Assembly: GCA_039030515.1 (NCBI GenBank) | Contig: JBCCEA010000023.1 | Location: forward strand, 1-64,000 | Origin: Myxococcota bacterium | Lineage (GTDB): Bacteria > Myxococcota_A > Polyangia > Polyangiales > Houyiibacteriaceae | DNA length: 64,000 nucleotides | Reading direction: 5' to 3' | Shown: one piece after another, positions 38,635 to 47,900 of the stretch | How positions within the stretch are numbered: the stretch's first letter is position 1 | Layout: each line of letters begins with the position of its first letter | The notes under the pieces: generated by a model | Database searches by the model: none | Told to the model about the DNA's origin: nothing | The model's input: the letters and a program-made list of their open reading frames with translations, nothing else | Program-made: the position numbers and the translations under genes

Positions 38635-40514
38635 CTCTTGGAGCTCTGCCTTAATTGACTCGCGCGACGCGCAAGTGCATCGTTTTCTCTGGTAAGACTC
38701 TCGGCACGCTCATCGTCGCCGGCACGACGCGCTTCTTCGATTTGACGCCGCAGCTTTGTTCTGTCGTGGTCGTTTCTCCGAACGTGCAAAAGACGAAGCG
38801 CTCCCTGCAACATCTGCCTGGCCTCCGTCACGTCCTTGTGCTCTTGCATCGCAAGCCGCCCCCGTAGCCACTCAGTGCTTGTCTCTTCACGTAGTGTATC
38901 GAGCAAGTTCTGGGCATCTATGTGACCGCGACTTTCCACCATTCGCGATATTGTCTGAAAGATGGCCTGAAGATGCGCCGTCGTCAAAAACTCTTCGAGC
39001 TCTTTCGTATCTTCATCCAAAACCAATTCCGGAAAATCCAGAATAGCTCCGAATATTTGGCGCCATAACGAGTCGAGAGGATTCTCACGAACAGCGCTAG
39101 ATACTCTTGCGGTGATGGATCTCGAAGGCTGCGGAGCCTTCGAACGCTCAACGCTATTCTTTCCTCGGGAACGGGATTCACCACGGTCAGCGCGAACACC
39201 TTGCCTGAGCTGTCTTCGTATAGCGTTCATATCTCGAACGCCAAACCTGCGAGAGATTCGCTGAAGGTGCAATTCCAGCGCAACTGGATCACGAACCGAA
39301 ACTAGAACAGTTCCCAGCGAGGCGATTGCATTCGCCCGCTCTCCGGCGCCACCAGAAACCTCCGCAGCCGTCTGATCAATAAGGTACTCCACGATTCCTG
39401 GCGAGGCCTTCAACAACTCAAGGAGGTGGTCCGCCCCCTCTTGACGCAAATAGCTGTCGGGGTCTGACCCAGGTGGCAAACTCGCCACTCGCGTGTCGAG
39501 TCCCTCTTTAGCGAGCAGAGGACATACTGCCCTGACGGCTTTCTTTCCTGCGGCATCTGCGTCGAAAAGCAGTACGACACGTTCGCTGCAGCGCTTTAGT
39601 AGCCGAATTTGAGATGGTGTCATCGCGGTTCCCATTGGCGCGACTGAGTTGCGTAGTTCTGCTTGGTGCAGTGCAATGAGGTCGAAATTTCCCTCGCAGA
39701 CCAGGCACCAAGTTTCGCGGCGCATCGCGACTCTCGCCTGGTGAAAACCGAATAGGGTATCTCCCTTGCGGTAGAGCGGGGTTTCTGGACTGTTTACATA
39801 CTTTGCAGCCGCATGCTGAGCTGGTTTCTCACCCTGAGGCTCCTCGAGAGCGCGGCCACTAAACGCAACCACCCGTCCATGGACATCTGAGACAGGGAAC
39901 ATGAGACGATGACGGAAGCGATCGTAATGGTCGCTTCCGTCTCTCCGGGGAACCAGCAAGCCTAGTTCCTCAGCATCGGCCGGCGACCATCCCTTTCGTC
40001 GTAGCGCCTTGTAGAGGCTGTCCCAGCCGTGGGGAGCGTAACCCAATCGGAACTCTTCTACGGTGCTGTTGGCAATCTTGCGGCGAGCGAGTTCCTCTCG
40101 AGCGATCGCGGCGGGCCCCTGAGCAAGCAGCTGTTCCTGAAAGAACAGCGTCGCCGCTTCCATCAGCGAGCGAAAGCGTTCTTGTCGCGCCTTCGCCTGC
40201 TTCGCTTCGCCGTGTTCTTGAAACCGCTCCGGCAGGGTGACTCCCGCCCGCTCGGCGAGATCGCGCGCAACTTCGGGAAAACTGCTCCCCTCGAAACGCA
40301 TCAGGAACTCAAAAATATCTCCCGAAACTTGACAACCAAAGCAGTGAAAATATTGCTTTGGCCCGTGTACGTGAAACGACGGCGTTTTTTCTGAGTGAAA
40401 CGGACAAAGACCTTTGTGACTCGCGCCCGCGCGACGTAGCGGCACGTACTCTCCAATGAGTTGTACGATGTCCACCCGGTCTTTAATTTCCGTTATCTTT
40501 TCTTCCGGAATCAA
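38631..40514 (-). CDS. dnaG: DNA primase
   Basis: [16 protein letters not shown] zinc finger, [19 protein letters not shown], Toprim EG..D and FDADAAG, DPD. Confidence 0.98.
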   Translation of the reverse strand: MIPEEKITEIKDRVDIVQLIGEYVPLRRAGASHKGLCPFHSEKTPSFHVHGPKQYFHCFGCQVSGDIFEFLMRFEGSSFPEVARDLAERAGVTLPERFQEHGEAKQAKARQERFRSLMEAATLFFQEQLLAQGPAAIAREELARRKIANSTVEEFRLGYAPHGWDSLYKALRRKGWSPADAEELGLLVPRRDGSDHYDRFRHRLMFPVSDVHGRVVAFSGRALEEPQGEKPAQHAAAKYVNSPETPLYRKGDTLFGFHQARVAMRRETWCLVCEGNFDLIALHQAELRNSVAPMGTAMTPSQIRLLKRCSERVVLLFDADAAGKKAVRAVCPLLAKEGLDTRVASLPPGSDPDSYLRQEGADHLLELLKASPGIVEYLIDQTAAEVSGGAGERANAIASLGTVLVSVRDPVALELHLQRISRRFGVRDMNAIRRQLRQGVRADRGESRSRGKNSVERSKAPQPSRSITARVSSAVRENPLDSLWRQIFGAILDFPELVLDEDTKELEEFLTTAHLQAIFQTISRMVESRGHIDAQNLLDTLREETSTEWLRGRLAMQEHKDVTEARQMLQGALRLLHVRRNDHDRTKLRRQIEEARRAGDDERAESLTRENDALARRASQLRQSSKR

Positions 40515-40541
40515 ACCGGCGCCTTGGCGAGAGAGGGGGAG

Positions 40542-40569
40542 AGTCTAGAAACGCTCGACCGCGCGTCAA
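40542..40569 (-). promoter_or_regulatory. Putative sigma70 promoter of dnaG-rpoD
   Basis: TTGACG-N16-TAGACT about 28 bp upstream of the dnaG start. Confidence 0.5.
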
Positions 40570-40637
40570 GCCATGCCGCTGGAACGTCACTCGAGTATCC
40601 CGTGGGGTTCGACCCCGGGTATAAACGCGATGAGATA

Positions 40638-41411
40638 ATGACCAGATCGCTTCTCCGGAACTCGATCCATCGAGAAATCATAAGAGTGTACGCCCTCGTC
40701 TGCGCGGGGGTGTTTTTGGCGACTCGCGCACGCAGCGTGCCTTGGCTTGCGGAGTACGTGCCTGTCGTGGTGGCTGCGATCTTTCTTTGGACCGCTACCC
40801 ATTTGGCCCAGCGTGACGTAGGCGGACTCGATCGGTATGGCATAGGACTCGGCGGACTCATCGGTCCGGGGCACGATGAAGGATCACCTGGTCCGCTCGG
40901 TATGTTGGAACTCACGCGCACCTTGTGGGCCGCCGTTCCGATGGCTCTCCGAGAGATCGGCACGGCATTCATCGTGATTGCACTGGTATTCCCGATATTT
41001 GCGGTGCTTTTTTATTTGTTCCACCGTCCCGAGCATCCCTTTCACTGGAGCCCACCCGAACACCTACTCTCGCTCACGTTCTCACAACTTGTGATCGTCG
41101 CTCTACCTGAGGAAGCATTCTTTCGCGGCTACCTCCAGACCCGACTCGTCGATGCCGGTGCGCATGCCGCGGAGGTGTCAAAGAAGGCGAAGCAACGTCT
41201 TCGATCCGCAGTGCCGATCCTTGTACAGGCTGCGTACTTTGGTTTTATCCACGTTCTCGTCGATCTGGATCCTTTGAGGTTCTCAGTGTTTTTTCCTGGA
41301 TTGCTCTTTGGCGTGATGCGTGCGGAGCGGAAAGGCATCGGAGCGGCGATCGTCGTGCATGCGGCAAGCAATCTCTATTCGGAAATTCTAGTCCGAGGGT
41401 GGCTTGTCTAG
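40638..41411 (+). CDS. CPBP-family intramembrane glutamic protease, myxosortase-like
   Basis: PEEAFFRGYLQ (EExxxR), FGFIH, HAASN motifs; multiple TMs. Start taken at ATG 40638. Confidence 0.85.
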   Translation: MTRSLLRNSIHREIIRVYALVCAGVFLATRARSVPWLAEYVPVVVAAIFLWTATHLAQRDVGGLDRYGIGLGGLIGPGHDEGSPGPLGMLELTRTLWAAVPMALREIGTAFIVIALVFPIFAVLFYLFHRPEHPFHWSPPEHLLSLTFSQLVIVALPEEAFFRGYLQTRLVDAGAHAAEVSKKAKQRLRSAVPILVQAAYFGFIHVLVDLDPLRFSVFFPGLLFGVMRAERKGIGAAIVVHAASNLYSEILVRGWLV

Positions 41412-41582
41412 ACGCGATGTTCGTGCTCCATCGGACGTGGGAGCGGTGAAGCGCACTACAGAGCTTGCGAACCAAACCCCGTGCTCTCGTACTGTCACCC
41501 TTTGGCCTCGAGCGCTGCCGCAAGATAGCGCCCGATAACCGCTTGGGTGGACGCTGTAGTCGCGTGCGGGTACGAATCCTTT

Positions 41583-42533
41583 ATGGTCGGCAACCAACCC
41601 CCTCCCCAAGCGCTATTCGAGACGTCGAGCGATCTGAAGACGCTCCATCCGATACCTCGCCGTGCCCTCGAACAGATCGTCGAGCGGGCGATCGAAGAAG
41701 ACTTGGGCAGGGGCGACATCACCACCACAGCCTGCGTTTCTGCAGGTCAAAAAGGAAAAGTATCTTGCATCGCAAGAGAAACGCTTGTCTGGTGTGGCGT
41801 CTCCGCGATTCGAGAGGTCTATCGTCAAATAGACCCCGAAGTCACCGCAAGCGCGAACTACAGCGACGGTTCTCTAGTCCATCCCAACTCAGTCGTCTTG
41901 GAACTAGATGGAAAAGCCGCCAGCCTTCTGATGGGAGAGCGGGTCGCACTAAATCTCGCACAGCGGATGAGCGGCATCGCCACCTTAGCGGCTCGTTACG
42001 TAGCTCAGCTCCCAGAGAAAAGTTGCACTCGTGTTGTAGATACACGCAAGACGACACCCGGACTTCGTGCAATCGAGCGGTACGCTGTACGCTGCGGAGG
42101 TGCGCACAACCACCGCGAGGACCTCTCGTCCGCAGTGCTGATTAAGGACAACCACATCGCAGCTGCAGGCAGCGTGTCGCGAGCGATTTTTCGTGCACGG
42201 CAATACGCACCGCACACAAGCCGAATCGAATGTGAGGTCGACACGCTCATGCAGCTGGACGAAGCGCTTGATGCAGGTGCCGACATGGTATTGCTCGACA
42301 ACTTCTCGACTGAGGACCTGATGGAGGGCGTCCGTCGCTGTCGGGGCAAAGCCATTGTCGAGGCGTCCGGAGGAGTCACTGTAAGCCAGGTGGCCGCGAT
42401 AGCCGCAACCGGGGTTGACGTGATCAGCGTAGGCGCGCTCACCCACTCCGCTCGTGCCATCGATCTTGGATTCGATTGGAGCCTGGAAGCCGACCTCGAC
42501 TCTGGGCTCGATGCGCGAACCTCAGTTCGATGA
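41583..42533 (+). CDS. nadC: Nicotinate-nucleotide diphosphorylase (carboxylating)
   Basis: EDLGRGDIT, ERVALN, DTRKTTPG, LIKDNH, LLDN, EASGG, ISVGALTHS; start uncertain. Confidence 0.96.
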   Translation: MVGNQPPPQALFETSSDLKTLHPIPRRALEQIVERAIEEDLGRGDITTTACVSAGQKGKVSCIARETLVWCGVSAIREVYRQIDPEVTASANYSDGSLVHPNSVVLELDGKAASLLMGERVALNLAQRMSGIATLAARYVAQLPEKSCTRVVDTRKTTPGLRAIERYAVRCGGAHNHREDLSSAVLIKDNHIAAAGSVSRAIFRARQYAPHTSRIECEVDTLMQLDEALDAGADMVLLDNFSTEDLMEGVRRCRGKAIVEASGGVTVSQVAAIAATGVDVISVGALTHSARAIDLGFDWSLEADLDSGLDARTSVR

Positions 42534-43315
42534 AGCCGCTGAGGGTAGATTCGGTCCAAGACCAGCTGCAGACCCGGTGGCTTGGTCGATCGCTAAACGT
42601 CAAGACGAGTACCGAATCCACCAATGACGACGCCCGAGAAGCGTTAGATTCCGGCGCAGTAGAAGGTCACGTCATCCTCGCCGAGCACCAAACGAAAGGA
42701 CGTGGCTCCCGGGGTCGAAAGTGGGAATCACCCTCTGGCCAAGACCTCTACCTATCGATCGTATACCGGCCATCTTTGGGATTGGATCGACTGCCTTGTT
42801 TGGCCCTGACTGTCGGCCTCGGAGTTTGTGATGCAGTGCATCAATTGCTCGGTCGGCCGGCGGAGGTGAAGTGGCCCAATGACGTGCTTCTGGATCGAGA
42901 CAAATGCGCCGGCATACTCATCGAATCCGCGTCGACCGGACATCAACTGCACGGGACGATTCTTGGTATTGGGCTAAACGTGAATCGGACGCACTTTTCG
43001 GCTGAACTCGAGGGTCAGGCGACTTCTCTCGCGATCGTGGCCAAGCGTTCCTTCGACCGCTGTCACGTCCTTTGCCTTCTACTGCGGTGTGTCGAATCTC
43101 GTCTCGACGAGCTGGGCCGAGACGGCCCAGAAACCATCCTTGACCAGCTGGAGCCTTTGCTCGCGTACCGGGGAGCGCACGTTGAAATTCAGGGTGTCCG
43201 CGGCATCGCGCTCGGACTTTCGAACACGGGGGGATTTCGCGTTCGGCAAAGCGACGGCACCGTGCAAACGCTTCACTCAGGGGTGCTTGAACCCAAAACG
43301 CATCCAGGTGCTTGA
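42530..43315 (+). CDS. birA: Biotin--[acetyl-CoA-carboxylase] ligase (no N-terminal HTH)
   Basis: STN, QTKGRGSRGRKW, KWPND, KCAGILIE, GIGLNV. ATG overlaps the nadC stop. Confidence 0.95.
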   Translation: MKPLRVDSVQDQLQTRWLGRSLNVKTSTESTNDDAREALDSGAVEGHVILAEHQTKGRGSRGRKWESPSGQDLYLSIVYRPSLGLDRLPCLALTVGLGVCDAVHQLLGRPAEVKWPNDVLLDRDKCAGILIESASTGHQLHGTILGIGLNVNRTHFSAELEGQATSLAIVAKRSFDRCHVLCLLLRCVESRLDELGRDGPETILDQLEPLLAYRGAHVEIQGVRGIALGLSNTGGFRVRQSDGTVQTLHSGVLEPKTHPGA

Positions 43316-43364
43316 ACCCAAAACACATCCAGGTGCTTGAACCCAAAACACATCCACAAGCACC
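43282..43364. repeat. 25-bp tandem repeat (3 copies) spanning the birA stop codon
   Basis: GGTGCTTGAACCCAAAAC(G/A)CATCCA x3, then CAAGCACC, the reverse complement of the unit start. Confidence 0.9.
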
Positions 43365-43394
43365 GCCATCCGATCCCTGCTAGGCCGTTTTGAC

Positions 43395-44384
43395 ATGAAG
43401 AGTTCAGATCAGAGCTTCCGTAACGCGGACAGCGACGGGATCGAGACGGTCGCGGTATACTCGATGGAAGAACTCGCGGTGCTCTCGGTCGAGGGGGACG
43501 ACGCGCTGTCTTGGCTTTCAGGGCAGGTAACCAACGATGTGCGGGCAATTCCCGAAGGGATTGCGATATACGCCATCATCCCGAATTCAAAGGGAAAAGT
43601 ACTTTCAGATTTGCATATTCTGCAAGCAGAGGAACGTCGATTCCTATTGACGGTGCCAGCAAGCCACCTGAAGGACATCAAGAATCATTTCGATAAGTTC
43701 ATCGTGATGGAGGACGTCGAAATCGCAGTTCTGGACGAAATCTTGATCACGGCCCAGGGTCCACTGGCGGCGACACTCGCACGCGAACACCCGATTCCAG
43801 CGAGTCGCATGTTTCGCAGTGAACGACTGAGCTCACCGGGAATCGATTGGTTGGTCCCGACCGAGTCCGCCGATCGAGCGCTATCCACCCTCTTTCGCGC
43901 CGCGAAGGATCTAGGCGGCGTATCGCTTAACGAAACCGAGTGGAGACGGCTTTTGATTCAGGAGGGAATTCCGAGGCTAGATATAGACTTCGGCCCCCAA
44001 ACTTTGCCGCAGGAAGCCGGACTAGAGCAACGCGCGGTCTCCTTCACCAAAGGCTGCTATCGCGGTCAAGAAGCGATCCACATGCTGAACACCAGGGGAA
44101 CGACACCAAAGCGTTTGTGCCAGTTCTCCTTCTCGGGTGATTTCGACACCCTAGAGCATCGAGAGATATGCACGGAGGAAGGTAAATCCGTGGGTTTTTT
44201 GACGAGCGGCATTTGTACACAAGAGCCGGAGCCCACCTCACTTGCACTCGGTTATCTTCGAAGAACCTACTTTGAACACCCTCAACCCATTTTTGTGGGG
44301 GGAAACGCAATAACGTTACGCCAGGAGATTCACTTGCCTCCATCGATCGCACTCACTAACGGTCATGACACGCAAGTCGACTAG
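43395..44384 (+). CDS. ygfZ: Folate-binding Fe-S maintenance protein YgfZ (GcvT-like)
   Basis: GDDA..WLSGQVTNDV, PQEAGL, SFTKGCYRGQE signature. Confidence 0.9.
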   Translation: MKSSDQSFRNADSDGIETVAVYSMEELAVLSVEGDDALSWLSGQVTNDVRAIPEGIAIYAIIPNSKGKVLSDLHILQAEERRFLLTVPASHLKDIKNHFDKFIVMEDVEIAVLDEILITAQGPLAATLAREHPIPASRMFRSERLSSPGIDWLVPTESADRALSTLFRAAKDLGGVSLNETEWRRLLIQEGIPRLDIDFGPQTLPQEAGLEQRAVSFTKGCYRGQEAIHMLNTRGTTPKRLCQFSFSGDFDTLEHREICTEEGKSVGFLTSGICTQEPEPTSLALGYLRRTYFEHPQPIFVGGNAITLRQEIHLPPSIALTNGHDTQVD

Positions 44385-44483
44385 ACGATTCGGTCGGAGG
44401 CAGTGGGCAAGGTGTGCTCGACGTGCGCGGTAGTAAGACTGGTCAGTTGCACAATGCAGCTCTATGACGAGAATATAGGTATT

Positions 44484-44819
44484 ATGAGCATTCAACTAAC
44501 ATCCACAGCAGCCGACAAGGTGCGTGAGATAAGAGAAGACGAAAGTCTTGGAGAGCAGGGACTCCGAGTTCGCGTGATCGGCGGCGGGTGCTCTGGTGTA
44601 AGCTACGATCTTTTTTTCGAAGACAAAGACGAAGTTGACGAAAAACGAGACTACGTATTCGATTCGCTCGGAATACCTATCTACGTAGACGAATGGACCA
44701 ACCTTTATGTGGATGGAACAGAAATCGACTATGTGGAAGGCTTGCACGGAGCTGGTTTCAAATTTCTGAATCCAAACGCCAAAAACAGTTGCGGTTGTGG
44801 TTCGAGCTTTTCGCGCTGA
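44484..44819 (+). CDS. A-type Fe-S cluster carrier (IscA/ErpA/HesB)
   Basis: GGGCSG and NPNAKNSCGCGSSF. Start taken at ATG 44484. Confidence 0.95.
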   Translation: MSIQLTSTAADKVREIREDESLGEQGLRVRVIGGGCSGVSYDLFFEDKDEVDEKRDYVFDSLGIPIYVDEWTNLYVDGTEIDYVEGLHGAGFKFLNPNAKNSCGCGSSFSR

Positions 44820-44988
44820 ATATCTCTGTGCTGAACCAGCACACCGAACGTTCCCGTCAATATCGGTCGTTCGAGATTAAGGTCGACCCGTCGACTCCTT
44901 TCGTCAGTCACACAACACCAATGTACGAGGGAGCATGAGGCTTATTTTCTCTGGGGTTCGAACTAGAGGAATGCGATGATGCTTATGA

Positions 44989-47900
44989 ATGACCTCAGAT
45001 CCTTCGTCCAAGAAGCCTTCTTCCCCTCATGAGAGCAAGGGAGAAAGCACCATCGAGCTGCTTTTCGGCGAGCTCGAAAACGAGTTAGAGCAGCAAACGG
45101 CTCAATCCGTTCCAGTACATCCCGAGTCAAGCGTCCAAACGCCGTCGCTGCAGCAGCACAAAAGCGAGCATAAAGCGTTCGCGGCGCCGGTGGAAACATC
45201 GATCAAGCACTTTGAGCGACCTCGAGCCTCTCAGAAGGCGGCGCCTCCGCCGATTCCGGACGCCGCCGTCCAGAGCGCGCTTCACACACCTTCCAACTTG
45301 ATCCGAGGTTCGACTGCCGGCACCGAATCGACAATCTCAAAGTCCGAACTTGAACCGAGTGTTCGAACGGACCGGGATATACGACAGGACCCCTTGGAGG
45401 AGGCCGCACGGCTGCTCATCGACTCCTGCGAACAGGAGCTCACTGAGGGGCCCAAACCCTCTCGCGCAGCAAAACTGCACTACGAACTCGGACGGCTCCA
45501 CGAATTTCCGATAAGAGACCTGCGTCGGGCGGCGGCCCACTATAGGGAGGCACTGGAACACGCTCCTGAGCACGTACCGTGTCTGCATGGACTTCGTCGC
45601 GTATTGGTCGGTGGGAAAAACTATCCTTCAACGCTGCCACTATTCGACTCTGAAATCCGAATTACCAGAGACAACAAAAAGAAAGCCGCACTGTACTTTG
45701 AAAAAGGCCGATTACTTGAAGACGTGATGCAGAGACGTGAGGAGGCGAAAGAAGCCTATGTATCGGCATTAGAACTACACAAAGGTGATGAATCTATACT
45801 CAAAGCACTACGGCAGTGTCAGCTGGACACCCATTCTTTCGAGGAGCTTGATAAGGCATACGAACAGTCAGCCAATATCGTCACTTCAGACTCGAGGCAT
45901 CGCGCAGCTTTGATCATTGAACGAGCGCGACTCATCGAAGTTCAGAATCCAAACTCGGATGAAGCACTAGAACTCTACGAGACTGCGTTGAAGCTCGACC
46001 CGGAGGCGTCACAAGCCCTAGCAGCGCTAAAGCGTCTACATTCTTTACACAACAGACAACGCGATCTCATTCGAATACTGGAGCGGGAGGCTGAGCGAAC
46101 TACGGATTGCCGCGTTCGAACCATGTCACTTCTACGCGTTGGAAAAATCCATGCAGAGCGACTTGGAAACCGCGCAGAGGCCATTTCGGCCATGGAAAGA
46201 GCACTAAGAGAATCGCCTGGAGATCCAACGATAGTTTCTGAACTTGCTGCATTGTATGAAGAGGGAAACTTTCAAGAACCGCTCATTGACGCACTCATAC
46301 AGCTCACATCGCTCGTGGAGTCTGACGAAGAACGATTGGCACTACTGCATCGAATCGGTCAGCTCTGCGAGGAATCACCAGACAGGCGAGAAGAGGCCAT
46401 TCTCCACTACGAGTCGGCGCTCAAGATAAATGCAACGCACGTACCCGTATTGCAGGCTCTTTCTAAGCTCTACGAGCAAGAGGATCGATGGACAGAACTA
46501 GTAAAGATGTATCTTTCGGAAGCAGAGACATGTCGCAACCGAGAAAGAAGCTCAACTTGTTATGCCAAACTGGCCGCAATCCAGGAAACAAAACTAAATA
46601 ACAAGTCTGAGGCGGCGGAGCACTATGCTCGTGCACTCTCATTGACGCCCGGACATCTGACAAGCTTCCGGGCACTTAGTCGGCTCTATACCGAAGAGGA
46701 ACAGTGGCGTGAGCTTATTGAACTATTAGAGCAAGCTGTAGCTGAAACAGGAACAAGCACCCAGACCATTTCCCATCTATTCCACATCGGCACACTATAC
46801 GAAAACGAGTTGCACGAACCGACTCAAGCAGCTCATGCGTACAAGCGCATACTCGAATACGACTCAAAACACTTGGGGGCTGTCCACGCACTTCAACGCG
46901 CGGTAGAACGAGCTTCTCGTCATCAAGATTTGGTCAGAGCGCTGGATTTAGAAATCGAACTTACAGAGTCGCAGGAGCGACAGGTAGCGTTACTACATCG
47001 AACAGGCGAAGTACTCGAAACACACCTCGCCAATCGAAAAGAGGCGTTAGCTCGGTATCGATCGGCATTGGAACTCGATCCGAAGAACGCAGCAGTGCTC
47101 GGCAGTCTGGGTAAGCTCTACTACCACAGTGGCCGGTGGGAAGACCTGTTCGAGGTCTATCGGCGCGAACTACAACACACAAGCAATCAAGACAAGGCCA
47201 TCCTTCTACTCAAAATGGCGACACTCTGTGAGGAGCGGATTGGCAGAGACGACGAGGCAACAGAGCTCTATCGCAAAGCAGTCGTCTCCGATCCGACAAA
47301 TTCCGCCGCGCTGCAAGCACTCAGCCGTAAGTTGGCGCAGCGTCAAGAGTGGGATGAAGTGGTGAAGGTGCTTGAGCTTGAGCTCAGCACGAGAACAGAT
47401 GTAGCGAGAGCAAGGCTGGCCTGTCGCATCGGCGAAATCTACGATGAGCGACTTGGTCAGCCCGAAAAAGCGATAAAGGCATATGAGCTTGCGGTACACT
47501 CGTCGTCTGACTTCTACCCTGCGACCGATGCCCTTCTAAGACTCCGGCGGCAGCAAAATAACTGGGTAGCGATCGCAGGTGATCTTGAGCGCGAAGCCTC
47601 TCGAGCGACCGATATCCGGATTACTATTGATAAGCTCGTGCAGTGTGGAGATATATATGCGCGAGAGATGTTAGAAATCCGACGTGCTGTTGAATGCTAT
47701 CAGCGCGTGCTTGAGCTGGATAAAAACCACTTGGGAAGCTTGATGGCGCTCGAACAGCTGCAGCGCAAACGGAGAAACTGGGAGTCGCTTTCGGAGATCT
47801 ATACAGCTCTTGCAGACTTATTGCAAAACCCACAGGCGCGCATCGCTGCGTTGAGAGAACAGGCAAGACTGCGAACGGATTTTGGCGTTGGCAGTGAAGT

